From contig CBDHDF010000010.1 in the NCBI GenBank assembly GCA_965261545.1, positions 256,001 through 320,000 of the forward strand: a stretch of 64,000 bases of DNA, given 5' to 3'. The notes beneath the pieces were generated by a model. It had not been told where the DNA came from and searched no databases. It saw only the letters and a program-made list of their open reading frames with translations. Every line of letters starts with the position of its first letter. Position 1 is the first letter of the stretch. This DNA comes from Bdellovibrionales bacterium (lineage in GTDB: Bacteria > Bdellovibrionota > Bdellovibrionia > Bdellovibrionales > UBA1609). The position numbers and the translations under genes are program-made. Shown here in pieces: positions 8,028-18,484 of the stretch.

Positions 8028-10754
8028 ATGAGTTGGGTTTTGAAACCATCTTGGATTTGGAATACATTATTTCTAAAATTATTTCTAAGCTTAAGTTTAT
8101 TTTTAAGCTTAAATTCAAGTCTTTTTCTTTCCAATTCGACCTATGCCCAAAGTCAGAAAAGTGATATGGGAAGTTCCCGTGAGATGGATGATTCCCTCTT
8201 CGAGAAGGCGGAGCCTCCGGAATCTCATGCGGAACTTCATGAGGTGGGGGCTTCCTCTGGTTCTGCTGTGGAAAAAATTCAAGTCACAGGCTCTCGTATT
8301 CGGCGCATTAACACAGAAGGCCCCCTTCCCTTGGTTGCTGTTGATCGAGAGGCCATTGAAAACTCAGGTTATAATTCGATTTCCGACCTTATCAGGGAAA
8401 TGACTCTAAGCTCCTTTGGAGCCATGAGAGAACAGTGGCTTGGAAGCATTAGCGGTCTGGCTCATGCCAACCTTAGGGGGCTTGGGGCGGAGCGCACCCT
8501 TGTGCTCCTCAATGGCAAAAGATTAGCCGCAGATGCCATAAACCGCGCCGTGGACCTCAACTTGATTCCACTGGCCGCCATTGAAAGGGTCGAAATTCTC
8601 GCCAATGGAGGATCGGCCCTCTACGGTTCGGATGCTTTGGGAGGAGTCATCAACATGATAACGAAAAAGGGCTACACTGGCCTCGAAGCCTCCCTGCAAC
8701 AAACCCTTACCCAGTTAGAAGGTGGTGAAAAAACTCATGGGTCAGTCACCTATGGGTATGCTTCTTCAAGTTGGAGTGCCACGGGTGTTTTCTCATACAG
8801 AAACAACCGTGACATTATAGGCAGTGAAAGGGAGTGGACGGACACAAAAATTTCCACAAGGGGGGACCCTGGTACCATTGGAAGTTTGGTGAATAATGTA
8901 AAAAGTTTTCAACCCTCCGTGGACTGCCCTGTGGAAAGAGTGGATGACAGTGGCAATTGCACCTATAATTATAGCCCTCACCTCACCACTCGCCCTCAGA
9001 TTGAGCAGCTTGGGGGCCTTGTGGATGCGACCTATAACCTGGCTCCTGAGATGGAGGCTTATCTGAGGGTTCTTGGAACTCGAAAAATGACAAGACTTCA
9101 GTATCCTGCAAGCCATGGTGATATCGTACTTCCAGGTGGTCAACTCAGTCATATCACCAATTCTCGTGGGGAGCCCCTTAGATCCTTCATAGATGCTTCA
9201 GGTGATATTATTTTTCGCCAACGATTTGTGGAACTTGGGCCTCGCCGTATCGACATCCAGACAAATGCCTACAGTGCTTTAGCAGGGATCAAGGGAATGT
9301 TGTTTGCAACAGAATCTTGGGAGTGGGATTTGTCTTTGGGCTACCACTATGTGCATCGCTTGGATGGGAGGCGAGGTTTTATTCTCAAAGATGACTTAAA
9401 GAAGGCCATCCTCTCAAGTGAGTTTAACCCACAAGCGGCAGAGGGACAAAGGGGGAGCCTTTCTCAATACGAGTATAAGCCCTATCAAAAGGATACCTCT
9501 GCGGTAGCTCAAGCAGAGCTTAATCTTACGGGAGAACTTATGGAGCTCTCCCATGGCCCCCTCGGCATGAGTGTTGGCTTCGTCGCCGGTCATGAGAACT
9601 TTGAAACACGAACGGATCAGGCTACAAAAGACGGTTTTGTTCTCAATAAAGGTGGGCTTGATGGAGAGGGATCCCGCAAAACCCTCTCTTCTTACTTGGA
9701 GTTAAGCCTCCCTTTGCTCCAGTCCCTGGAGTGGCAACTGGCCATGCGATATGACAATTATAATGATTTTGGATCTGCTTTCAACCCCCAGGTGGCTCTT
9801 CGTTGGTCTCCTTCAAGCTCTTGGATGCTTCGAGGATCTGTGGGGACGGGATTTATGGCTCCCCGGATTCAAGACGTTTACTCCAGTGAAACAAGTGGGT
9901 ACCCCTCTTTTATCGATCATGTTCTCTGTCGCAATCAGGGCAAACAGTGCACACCTGTGGGAACTCCTATTTTGCGTCGTGGGAATAAAAATCTCACAGA
10001 GGAAAAGTCTATCTATGGAGGCTTAGGAACTTCCTACCAAATCACTTCTCAGCTTCATTTGGCCTTCGATTCTTGGTACATGCGCATTAAGGATGAAATT
10101 GGTTCAGACTTTTCAGCTATGACACTGGCAGAAGCTGAATTTGGATCCGATTACGTTCGTGACTATGGAATTGACATTCAAAGAGACCCTAGCACTCAAG
10201 AAATCACTCGTGTTGTGACCCCTTGGCTGAATTTGGCTTCCAAAGAGCTAACAGGGATTGATCTCACAGCTCGCTGGAACCTTGCCGTTCCATCTTGGAA
10301 GCTAGGGAATGTCGGCTGGTTGCTAGGAAAGCTAGAGAGGCTAGGTGGGGGGCGCTTGGACCTCAAGTTGGCCCACTCCCAGATATTTTACTACAAAGAG
10401 GAGCTTTTTCCAGGTCTGGGTTTTATAAATCAATTGGGAAAACGGGGAAAGCCTGCGTGGAGGGAGCAAATCTCAATGACCTACTCTCCCCATGACAAGC
10501 ACCAAGTTTATTTCGGTGTGCGCATCGTGGGACCCAATGACAAATTTCTTGGTGGGACCCATAAAACCTATGGTGAATACGATGCTCAATATAAGTATCT
10601 GGCTTCGTGGGGTGGTCAGTGGAGACTAGGGGTTCGCAACCTCCTTGGTAGCACCCCACCCCTTGATGAAACCCTTCCAGAAAACCAATTGAATACCTCC
10701 CTCTATAATAACTTGGGGCGCTATGTCTCAATGGGCTATAATCATAAATTCTAG
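8028..10754 (+). CDS. TonB-dependent outer membrane receptor (ORF open from 7938; likely start 8028)
   Basis: TonB box EKIQVTGSRI; plug motifs NLRGLGAERTLVLLNGKR and IERVEIL..GGSALYGSDALGGVINMITK; C-terminal Phe. Confidence 0.93.
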   Translation: MSWVLKPSWIWNTLFLKLFLSLSLFLSLNSSLFLSNSTYAQSQKSDMGSSREMDDSLFEKAEPPESHAELHEVGASSGSAVEKIQVTGSRIRRINTEGPLPLVAVDREAIENSGYNSISDLIREMTLSSFGAMREQWLGSISGLAHANLRGLGAERTLVLLNGKRLAADAINRAVDLNLIPLAAIERVEILANGGSALYGSDALGGVINMITKKGYTGLEASLQQTLTQLEGGEKTHGSVTYGYASSSWSATGVFSYRNNRDIIGSEREWTDTKISTRGDPGTIGSLVNNVKSFQPSVDCPVERVDDSGNCTYNYSPHLTTRPQIEQLGGLVDATYNLAPEMEAYLRVLGTRKMTRLQYPASHGDIVLPGGQLSHITNSRGEPLRSFIDASGDIIFRQRFVELGPRRIDIQTNAYSALAGIKGMLFATESWEWDLSLGYHYVHRLDGRRGFILKDDLKKAILSSEFNPQAAEGQRGSLSQYEYKPYQKDTSAVAQAELNLTGELMELSHGPLGMSVGFVAGHENFETRTDQATKDGFVLNKGGLDGEGSRKTLSSYLELSLPLLQSLEWQLAMRYDNYNDFGSAFNPQVALRWSPSSSWMLRGSVGTGFMAPRIQDVYSSETSGYPSFIDHVLCRNQGKQCTPVGTPILRRGNKNLTEEKSIYGGLGTSYQITSQLHLAFDSWYMRIKDEIGSDFSAMTLAEAEFGSDYVRDYGIDIQRDPSTQEITRVVTPWLNLASKELTGIDLTARWNLAVPSWKLGNVGWLLGKLERLGGGRLDLKLAHSQIFYYKEELFPGLGFINQLGKRGKPAWREQISMTYSPHDKHQVYFGVRIVGPNDKFLGGTHKTYGEYDAQYKYLASWGGQWRLGVRNLLGSTPPLDETLPENQLNTSLYNNLGRYVSMGYNHKF

Positions 10755-10778
10755 CTATTTCCACCTTTTTGTGACTTA

Positions 10779-10824
10779 TTTCTCTTGTCCTTTGGCCATA
10801 ATATGGCTTGGCGACGAGGAGAAA
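10779..10824 (+). terminator. Intercistronic stem-loop after the TonB receptor gene
   Basis: Arms tttctc-ttgtc / gacga-g-gagaaa around an inner ggccat/atggct hairpin; no clear U tract. Confidence 0.4.
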
Positions 10825-10926
10825 ATTTGGTAATTCACGTGTGTTTTATGGTGCGCTTCATCTTTTTGCAGCCCTAAAACCTTGAGCACTTTAACAAAGA
10901 ATCTGAGAGCCTAGTGAAGGAGGCCC

Positions 10927-11817
10927 ATGGAAAAAAGAAAGTTGATTTATTGCATTTTCCCGCCTTTGGTTTTTTTACCTTTTTCATGGAGTTCATGGAG
11001 TTTCTTTTCTATGTTTATGTCCAGGCTGATTTTGCTGCTTCCATTGTTGGTCGTGTTTTCTTTGTGGTCTCTTCACTTTGCCGAAGCTCAAAAGAAAGAT
11101 AAAAAGAAAGCTCCCACAGCCTCACTGAATCAGCTCACAAGGACTCAAAAGCAAAACGACAGGGACGCCACGGCTTCCCAAAAGAAAATCACTCAAATAG
11201 CCAATGCCACAAGGTCTTTGTTGGACGATTACCGGGTGGTAAATCGCCAAGTTGAAAATACAAAGGTTTACAATCAACAACTTCGTGATCTCATTGGTTC
11301 TCAAAAAAAAGAAATGAAGTCCATTGGTCAACAAATACAAGGTCTTGCTAAGACAAACAAGGAAATCCTACCCTTGATGTCGAGAATGATTGATCATTTA
11401 GAAAAATTTATTTCTTTGGATAGTCCCTTTCTCCCAGATGAAAGACGCCATCGCCTAGAGACTCTCAAAGTGATGATAAAGCGAGCGGATGTATCAACTT
11501 CTGAAAAATACCGTCGTATTCTTGAAGCCTATCAAATAGAAAATGAGTATGGTCGTACGATTGAAGCCTATAAGGGACTTCAAAAACACGATGGCCAAGA
11601 GCTTACTGTGGATTTCCTACGCATAGGTCGACTGAGCTTGATTTATCAATCTGTGAATGGAGACAAGGGTGGTTATTGGGATAAGGAAAACCGTCGCTGG
11701 GCGAACCTCCCCAGTGAGTACAAAAAAACTGTTCGCAGGGGCATTCGCATGGCGCGCAAGCAATTGGCGCCCGATCTTATAAAGATTCCCATAGGTTCTT
11801 CTAAGGTGACTCAATGA
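10927..11817 (+). CDS. DUF3450 family TonB-system periplasmic protein (TtpB-like); start may be near 11011
   Basis: Signal peptide, coiled coil, D.PFL..ER..R, EKYRRILEAYQIENEYGR and VDFLRIGR motifs. Confidence 0.85.
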   Translation: MEKRKLIYCIFPPLVFLPFSWSSWSFFSMFMSRLILLLPLLVVFSLWSLHFAEAQKKDKKKAPTASLNQLTRTQKQNDRDATASQKKITQIANATRSLLDDYRVVNRQVENTKVYNQQLRDLIGSQKKEMKSIGQQIQGLAKTNKEILPLMSRMIDHLEKFISLDSPFLPDERRHRLETLKVMIKRADVSTSEKYRRILEAYQIENEYGRTIEAYKGLQKHDGQELTVDFLRIGRLSLIYQSVNGDKGGYWDKENRRWANLPSEYKKTVRRGIRMARKQLAPDLIKIPIGSSKVTQ

Positions 11818-13409
11818 AACAAGGACGTAAAAGAATGCAAAAAAGTAATGTAAAAAGTAGGGTGAAAGAAAATACAACGCAAAGAAGGATAGCCAAGTTC
11901 ATGCTCCCTTCCAGAGGAGAGGGCCGGATCATTGGAGTCAGAAGTATGGGAGTCATGACTTTTATGTTCTTGGCCTTTATTTTTTCGCTTTTACTCTCCC
12001 TTTCAGATGTATCGAATGCAAAGAGCCCTAGGAATGCAAAGGGTACAGGTATTTCGAAATCTTTGTCTCTCGATGATCTTCTTAAGGAAATTAAAAGTGA
12101 GCAGCGCACACAGTCTGCTGAGAACCAAAAGCGTGAGAAGGAATTTCTTAAGAAAAAGTCTCAACAACAGAGCCTTTTAACCCAAGCCCGTGCTGAGTTG
12201 AAAAGGCAGGAGTCTATAACTGAGCTTTTAACCCAAGAGTTTCAGAAAAATGAAAAGGATCTTACCAAGCTTGAACATGAACTTAATCTTACGCTTGGCA
12301 CAATGGGGGAGCTTTTTGGTGTGGTAAGACAGGTCTCGGGCGATCTCAAAGGTATTTTTCAAACCTCTGTGGTCTCTGCCGAGCTTCCTGGCCGTGAAGC
12401 TTTTGTGGGACGCTTGGCTGAAACAAAGGTTCTTCCTGAAATTAAAGACCTGGAGCAGCTTTGGTTTGAAATGCAGCGAGAGATGACAAAGGCGGGGGAG
12501 GTTTCCCAGTTTCAAAGAGATGTGATCCTACCCAACGGTGAAAAACAAAATAGGACTGTCACTCGGGTAGGCAGCTTTAATCTTATTTCAGAGAGCTCTT
12601 ACTTGGTTCATCAACATGAAACAGGTCAAATCACAGAACTTTCTCGTCAGCCCTCCAGTCGCTTTACATCTCTTCTTGAAGGTGCTTCAAGTCCTCGAAA
12701 TTATTATGCAGCCTTTGCTATTGATCCCTCCCGTGGGGCTATTCTCTCTATGTTGGTGCAAGCCCCCAACTTCTTGGAACGAATCCAGCAAGGAGGTATT
12801 GTGGGCTATGTGATTCTCTTTCTCCTGGCCATTGGGATTATTCTTACATGGGAGAGAATTGCCTACCTTAAAAGGGAGGATGATAATATAAAACAGCAAT
12901 TTAAAAACTCCACACCTAATAAGAACAATGCTTTGGGACGTGTTATGAATGTTTTTTACGAACATAAAAACATGAACTTAGATGCCTTGGAACTTAAAAT
13001 GGACGAGGCTATTATAAGGAATACATCTCCCATTGAGCGTGGGGTGGGGACCATTAAGATTCTTGCCACAGTGGCTCCCCTTTTGGGTCTTCTTGGCACA
13101 GTGACAGGTATGATTGCGACTTTTCAGTCCATCACACTGTTTGGAACAGGGGACCCCAAGCTTATGGCTGGAGGAATTTCCCAAGCTCTCATTACAACAG
13201 TGTTGGGTCTTGTTTGTGCCATCCCCCTTTTGCTCCTTCACAACCTAGTAGCTTCAAAGAGCCGGAGGATTGTGCAAATCCTTGAAGAGCAGTGTGTGGG
13301 TCTTCTTGCTGATCAAGAAGCTTGTAAAGCCAAAAACCAAAAAAACCAAGTCCAAACCCAAGCTCAAGAGGAAGGGGGCGTTGCAGAGCCAGCAGCCACG
13401 AGCCCCTAG
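11814..13409 (+). CDS. ttpC: TtpC-like large MotA/TolQ/ExbB proton-channel protein
   Basis: Periplasmic coiled-coil N-terminal domain (GELFGVVRQ, VTRVG.FNL, IDPSRG) plus APLLGLLGTVTGMI and MAGGISQALITT. Confidence 0.8.
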   Translation: MKQGRKRMQKSNVKSRVKENTTQRRIAKFMLPSRGEGRIIGVRSMGVMTFMFLAFIFSLLLSLSDVSNAKSPRNAKGTGISKSLSLDDLLKEIKSEQRTQSAENQKREKEFLKKKSQQQSLLTQARAELKRQESITELLTQEFQKNEKDLTKLEHELNLTLGTMGELFGVVRQVSGDLKGIFQTSVVSAELPGREAFVGRLAETKVLPEIKDLEQLWFEMQREMTKAGEVSQFQRDVILPNGEKQNRTVTRVGSFNLISESSYLVHQHETGQITELSRQPSSRFTSLLEGASSPRNYYAAFAIDPSRGAILSMLVQAPNFLERIQQGGIVGYVILFLLAIGIILTWERIAYLKREDDNIKQQFKNSTPNKNNALGRVMNVFYEHKNMNLDALELKMDEAIIRNTSPIERGVGTIKILATVAPLLGLLGTVTGMIATFQSITLFGTGDPKLMAGGISQALITTVLGLVCAIPLLLLHNLVASKSRRIVQILEEQCVGLLADQEACKAKNQKNQVQTQAQEEGGVAEPAATSP

Positions 13410-13527
13410 AATCCCTAGAACTCCCCAATAAAGTAAAAGAAAAGAGTAAAGTAGAGTAGAGTAGGAAGGGAAGAGAGCGGGGAGTAGAAGAGGGAGTTAA
13501 GTAGAGAAAGATCAAAGAGGATCAAAG

Positions 13528-14043
13528 ATGTTAAGTTTAATAGATGTCATTCGTGAATTTTTAGATAAGGGTGGGGAGGTTCTCTGGTTGATCCTCATCA
13601 CAACTTTTCTACTTTGGACATTTATCATTGAGCGTTTTCTCTTCATGGGAACAGTCTTTCCCAGTCGGGTGAAGCGTCTCCGGGAGCAGTGGGCGAAGCG
13701 CCCTGAAAAAGTTTCTTGGTGGTCCCATAAAATTCGAGATAAAATGATTTCTGAAGCTAAAATGGAACTCAACCAATTTATTCCCTTTATTAAGGTCCTT
13801 GTCGCCCTCTGCCCTTTGTTGGGTCTTCTGGGAACAGTCACGGGAATGATCGCTGTTTTTGATGTGATGGCCATAACTGGAACAGGCAATGCTCGCATGA
13901 TGGCTTCGGGTATTTCTATGGCGACTATACCCACTATGGCAGGAATGGTGGCTTCACTTTCGGGCCTTTACTTGGGAGCTCGGCTGGAGAAAAAAGCTAA
14001 AAGAGAGGTCGAAAATGTGGCCAAACTTTTAGAGTGTCATTGA
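13528..14043 (+). CDS. exbB: ExbB (short MotA/TolQ/ExbB)
   Basis: CPLLGLLGTVTGMI, MASGISMATIPTMAG. Confidence 0.9.
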   Translation: MLSLIDVIREFLDKGGEVLWLILITTFLLWTFIIERFLFMGTVFPSRVKRLREQWAKRPEKVSWWSHKIRDKMISEAKMELNQFIPFIKVLVALCPLLGLLGTVTGMIAVFDVMAITGTGNARMMASGISMATIPTMAGMVASLSGLYLGARLEKKAKREVENVAKLLECH

Positions 14044-14110
14044 ATATGAGATTGTGAGTGCCCTGAATAGAGATTGAGTGCCTTGAATATGAAATTCTGA
14101 ATGTTCTTAA
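14032..14110 (+). repeat. Degenerate 20-24 bp tandem repeat beginning in the last codons of exbB
   Basis: Units gagtg..(t/c)tgaata..ag/aatt start at 14032, 14056 and 14076, with a partial unit at 14099. Confidence 0.75.
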
Positions 14111-14150
14111 TGCGATGATTTAATGGACAACTGGTGTAGGAGGTAAATCT

Positions 14151-14558
14151 ATGAGACGCAGAAAAAACTCAGCCACTGAAGATACAGGAATTGACTTAAC
14201 TCCCATGCTTGATGTGGTTTTTATCATGTTGATCTTTTTTATTGTAACAACCTCCTTTGTCAAAGAATCGGGAATTCAGGTTAGCCGTCCCAATGCAGCC
14301 ACTGCGGAAAAAAAAGAGCGAGCCAATATTTTGATTGCCATTTCGGAGGCCGGAGAGGTTTGGATTCAAAAAAGGCGAGTGGATATTCGATCTGTTCGAG
14401 CTAATGTGGAAAGGCTTCACGCAGAAAGCCCCGAGGGCACAGTGGTGATTCAGGCTGACAAGGGCTCTAAGAATGGGCTTCTCGTGCAAGTCATGGACCA
14501 GGTTCGCCTTGCGGGAATTCAAAGTATTTCACTCGCAGCCAAAGCGACAAGGGAGTAG
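14151..14558 (+). CDS. exbD: ExbD/TolR biopolymer transport protein
   Basis: IDLTPMLDVVFIMLIFFIVT; SD AGGAGGT. Confidence 0.95.
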   Translation: MRRRKNSATEDTGIDLTPMLDVVFIMLIFFIVTTSFVKESGIQVSRPNAATAEKKERANILIAISEAGEVWIQKRRVDIRSVRANVERLHAESPEGTVVIQADKGSKNGLLVQVMDQVRLAGIQSISLAAKATRE

Positions 14559-14561
14559 AGC

Positions 14562-15185
14562 TTGCGTTTGTTACAGGCCGCCATTGCGGCCATAGCTGTC
14601 ACCATGGGGCTTTTTTATTTTATGTCTGTTCTCATCTCTGGGGGAGGGACTTTCGTGGAGAAAGAGGCGGGGCAGGCCATTGAGTTTGTGCGCATGAAGC
14701 CCGATGATCGCCTGGAAACTCGCAAGAGGAAGCTCCCCAAAAAGCCGCCTGAGATTAAAAAACCTCCTGAAATTCAAAAACTTAAGGTGGCCAAGGCCGA
14801 CTCCCCCACCAAGCCCAAAATGCAAATGGATATGCCAGATATGGACCTCCCTATGTCTAAGGGGGATGGGCCCTTTCTTGGGGTTGGAGGTGGTGGAAGC
14901 CAAGACTCTGAGGTCATGCCTCTTGTACGCATTGAACCTCAGTTTCCAAGAAAGGCTGCCATGAGAGGTATTGAGGGCTGGGTTCAACTGCAATTTGATG
15001 TGACCGAAGCTGGCACTGTGAACAATGTGCAAATTATTAAGTCCTCTCCTCCCCGCATGTTTGATAGCAATGCCCGGAGGGCTCTTTTAAAGTGGAAGTA
15101 TAAACCCAAAACTGTGGATGGGAAGCCTATCGCTCGCAAAGGGCTGAAAGTCCAATTGGACTTTAAACTTGAGGGGGAGTTATAG
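14562..15185 (+). CDS. tonB: TonB energy transducer
   Basis: N-terminal TM, Pro/Lys-rich spacer, C-terminal domain EPQFP..A..RGIEGWV..WKYKP. Confidence 0.92.
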   Translation: MRLLQAAIAAIAVTMGLFYFMSVLISGGGTFVEKEAGQAIEFVRMKPDDRLETRKRKLPKKPPEIKKPPEIQKLKVAKADSPTKPKMQMDMPDMDLPMSKGDGPFLGVGGGGSQDSEVMPLVRIEPQFPRKAAMRGIEGWVQLQFDVTEAGTVNNVQIIKSSPPRMFDSNARRALLKWKYKPKTVDGKPIARKGLKVQLDFKLEGEL

Positions 15186-16489
15186 TGACCCGTACTTTGG
15201 CACAGCTTGCACGCTTTACATTCTTTTTATTTATAGTTCTTGCCTCTAGCACCCATGCTCTCACTGCCCATGCTCTCACTCTCGAGGATGTTGAATTTAA
15301 GCCCATAAAAGCGAAGGCACTGAATGATCGGCCGGCAGCTCTCACAAGTAAGTTCACCCACAAAAGACTCTCTCGATCCCATACAGCACTGATCGCAGAG
15401 AAGTATGACCAAGCTATCGAAATGCTTAAAAAGCTAGAGGCTCAAACGAAATCACGTCCCTTTGAACTCGCTCAAGTTTATCAAACTCTAGGCTTTGCCT
15501 ACGCCAATAAAGATGATTTGAAAAATGCCGTTGTTTATTTCAAAAAATCCATTGACCTCAAGTCTCTTCCAACCTCCCCCACCCTTTCCTCTCTTTACAC
15601 TTTGGCCCAACTTCAAATTGGCCAGGAAATGTACCAAAGTGGCCTGACAACCCTTTTGGAATGGTTTCACCATGTGAAAAAGCCACGGGCGCAAGCCTAT
15701 GTTTTGTTGGCCACAGCTCTTTTTGAGCTCAAGAAAAAAGGTCCCGCTCTCGTTTTTATAAATAAAGCTTTGGAGTTGTCTCAAGTTCCTGCCGAGAATT
15801 GGTTGCAGTTTGCAGTGGCTCTCAATTATGAAAACAAAAAATACAAGGAGGCGGCCTCTGCTCTTAGGCTTCTGGTAGAGAGGTATCCCCAAAAAAAGAA
15901 ATATTGGAAGCAATTGGTGGGTGTTTACCTCAATCTGGATGATATTTCTTCCGCTCTAGCCACCATTCAAATGGCCTATAAAATCAAACATATGACGGAA
16001 GACAAAGAGCTTCTCAATATGATAAGCCTTCAACTGACTGAAGAAATTCCCTATAAAGCTGCAAAAGCCTTGGAAAGCTTTATGAATAACGAGCAAGTGC
16101 CTAAAAACAAAAAACATTTTGAAATTTTGGCCCAAGCCTGGATACAGTCAGAAGAGTTAGAGCGAGCCATAGACCCACTTCAAAAGGCCGCAGAACTCTC
16201 TAAGGATGGCAAAGTGGCGGCCAAGCAGGGGCATCTCTTACTAGAGCTAGGCAGATTTTCTCATGCGGTCAAGGCTTACTCCATGAGTTTAAAAAAGGGA
16301 GGGCTTAAGAGTCCAGGTCGTATTTATCTTGCCCGTGGAATTGCTCAACTAAATCTAAAGAAATACGAGGAGGCCATTGCGAATTTTGAAAAGGCCCAAG
16401 GTATAGAGAAAACATCCCAAGCGGCTGAGCAGTGGCTCCAACATGTTCATCTTGAAAAAAGGTATACCTCTTCTTATGCGCCGCAATGA
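15185..16489 (+). CDS. Secreted TPR protein (TtpD-like)
   Basis: Signal peptide, multiple TPR helices, YWKQL motif, position after tonB. Confidence 0.8.
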   Translation: MTRTLAQLARFTFFLFIVLASSTHALTAHALTLEDVEFKPIKAKALNDRPAALTSKFTHKRLSRSHTALIAEKYDQAIEMLKKLEAQTKSRPFELAQVYQTLGFAYANKDDLKNAVVYFKKSIDLKSLPTSPTLSSLYTLAQLQIGQEMYQSGLTTLLEWFHHVKKPRAQAYVLLATALFELKKKGPALVFINKALELSQVPAENWLQFAVALNYENKKYKEAASALRLLVERYPQKKKYWKQLVGVYLNLDDISSALATIQMAYKIKHMTEDKELLNMISLQLTEEIPYKAAKALESFMNNEQVPKNKKHFEILAQAWIQSEELERAIDPLQKAAELSKDGKVAAKQGHLLLELGRFSHAVKAYSMSLKKGGLKSPGRIYLARGIAQLNLKKYEEAIANFEKAQGIEKTSQAAEQWLQHVHLEKRYTSSYAPQ

Positions 16490-16534
16490 ACGGCGTATTA
16501 AACATATTGCAAACGGAAAAGTCACATAAACAAT

Positions 16535-18484
16535 TCAGCTTCTTTTTAAGTACCACTGACTCCAAAATGCTCTTTGCTCTTTGGCTTGGGCTTTAAACAT
16601 GGACTGTCCTGAAATATATGGAATCTTGTGACTGTGAGCAAACTCCAAGCCGGGAGAATCTTGGGTGTAATTGAGATCAATGACTTTGTGGGGGCTATGG
16701 GAAGGCCACTTTTTATGGCGATTTCGGCCCACAGCCCAAATAAGAGAGGAGATTGGTTCAAAAGGCATTTTTGAGGCGGTTTGCTCAGATGAAAGCGGCT
16801 TTCCCGTTCTTGCTGAATAAAAGGAAGCTTTCTTTCCCAGAGCTTTGAGAGCGAGAGCCATACTCCTTCTTGTTCCTCCACCTCCCCATACTATGGCGAA
16901 GGATTTTACATGTGTGAACAAACACTTTAAGCCATCGATATCTGTGTTATGTCCCACAATTTTTTTATCTTTTTCATCGAAGAAAAGAGTATTGACCGAT
17001 TGAGATTCTTGAGCCACGGAAGACAGCTGATCGCAGAAGTGCAGAGCGGATTTTTTCAATGGAGATGTCACAGCCGCACATATTAAACCTAAGTCTTTGA
17101 GAATGGAAAGACCAGGATCGAGTTCTTTTTCCTCCATGGAAATTCTCAATACAGGTATATTTTCTTTCCTAAAGTATTCATCGTGTTCAATGGGTGTGTG
17201 GCTAGACTCCACAGGTTGACCAAGAACAGCGGCAAAATTTTTAAAATTGTCTAGCCCTCGCAGCCAGTCCAATAAGAGGGGCTGGTCTTTGCAGGAGCTA
17301 CTGTCACCAAGTCTCACAAAGTTGAATTTCATATATGGCTTTTGCCTCATGCGGTACCAGCTCCAGCGGCCTGATTGAGAGCGAGGAAGGAAACTGCGAT
17401 TTTCTGGATGTTTTTTCCACCATTGATGGGCTTCCCACAATTCTTCGAAATTCTCAATGGAAATTGCAAGTTTTAAATGTTTGGAAGAGCCATTGAATTT
17501 AAAATATTTTTCTAACTGTTGGCAGCAGTCCTTAACACTCCCCCCTCCATATTTCTCTCTTTTATGAAGGGAAATGACATGGCAAGGGACTTTGGGTTCT
17601 CCCAGTTCCAGAGCCCAGTCGATTTTCATTTCCATGGTATTTTGATTGTCGTTCTGATTGGTATTGTGAGTGGTTCTGTGGGAGAGGATGAGTTTTTCGG
17701 CAGGAATTAGTTCTCTTGCCCATTGAATTTGCTGGGGGCAGAGCAAGTCATTTCGTAGTTCAAAGTGGCTAAAAAAAGCTTCATACTTTTTCACAAATAA
17801 ATGCAGAAAATGGTAAGAGGCCATGTGTTGGGGGAAGAGAGTGATTTGTCCATGAGGTGTCACCTTGTGAGGTGAAGGCTTGCTGGATAGTGATGGAGGT
17901 GTCTGTGGAGTTTGGCTAGATGGTGATGGATTAAAAATCATGGATTCCCAGGGATTGGGAAAATCGAGGCCCTCGATGAGGGTGATTTCGTCGTGGGCCC
18001 ATTGGGCATACCTTTGTTCTCGCTTTTTAAAACGCTTTAAAAATTCTTTGTACTCTGACGTTTTCTCCCCCTTTGGGGGCAATGGAGGACGGTTCATTAA
18101 AGTGCGCCCGAGGGAATCTGTTGTTCTTCGTACCCAAATGACAACAAGTTCGGGGGGGATGGCCTTTTCAAAGTCGGAGAGGATGGCACTTTGGGATCCA
18201 TCTTTTTGGAATCCATCTCCTTCAAACCCAGCACCTAGGGCCATGTAATGGTTCCTTGTGGCTTTGTGTTGGTGACTTTGAAGCCATTGGTTCAAGACTT
18301 TCCTTTCTATTTTACGAAAGGCGGCCTCCCCTTCAGATTCAAAAATATGGGAGAGATTTTTTCCGCAGAGTTTTTCAATTTCTTCATCCAAGTCCCAACA
18401 ATGGGCTGATGGATCGTAGGCTTTCATTCTTTTTAGAAGAGAAGACTTACCCACTCCTCGGTGTCCGACAAGTAAGTAAATCAT
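16535..18484 (-). CDS. Trifunctional shikimate kinase / type I dehydroquinase / shikimate dehydrogenase (AroK-AroD-AroE)
   Basis: GHRGVGKSS, DLD and GEAAFRKIE (AroK); ELRND, ISLH and LKLA (AroD type I); SHTP..H, VTSPLK, SVNTL, GHNTD and GGGGT (AroE); ATG at 18484 overlaps the aroA stop (ATGA). Confidence 0.8.
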   Translation of the reverse strand: MIYLLVGHRGVGKSSLLKRMKAYDPSAHCWDLDEEIEKLCGKNLSHIFESEGEAAFRKIERKVLNQWLQSHQHKATRNHYMALGAGFEGDGFQKDGSQSAILSDFEKAIPPELVVIWVRRTTDSLGRTLMNRPPLPPKGEKTSEYKEFLKRFKKREQRYAQWAHDEITLIEGLDFPNPWESMIFNPSPSSQTPQTPPSLSSKPSPHKVTPHGQITLFPQHMASYHFLHLFVKKYEAFFSHFELRNDLLCPQQIQWARELIPAEKLILSHRTTHNTNQNDNQNTMEMKIDWALELGEPKVPCHVISLHKREKYGGGSVKDCCQQLEKYFKFNGSSKHLKLAISIENFEELWEAHQWWKKHPENRSFLPRSQSGRWSWYRMRQKPYMKFNFVRLGDSSSCKDQPLLLDWLRGLDNFKNFAAVLGQPVESSHTPIEHDEYFRKENIPVLRISMEEKELDPGLSILKDLGLICAAVTSPLKKSALHFCDQLSSVAQESQSVNTLFFDEKDKKIVGHNTDIDGLKCLFTHVKSFAIVWGGGGTRRSMALALKALGKKASFYSARTGKPLSSEQTASKMPFEPISSLIWAVGRNRHKKWPSHSPHKVIDLNYTQDSPGLEFAHSHKIPYISGQSMFKAQAKEQRAFWSQWYLKRS

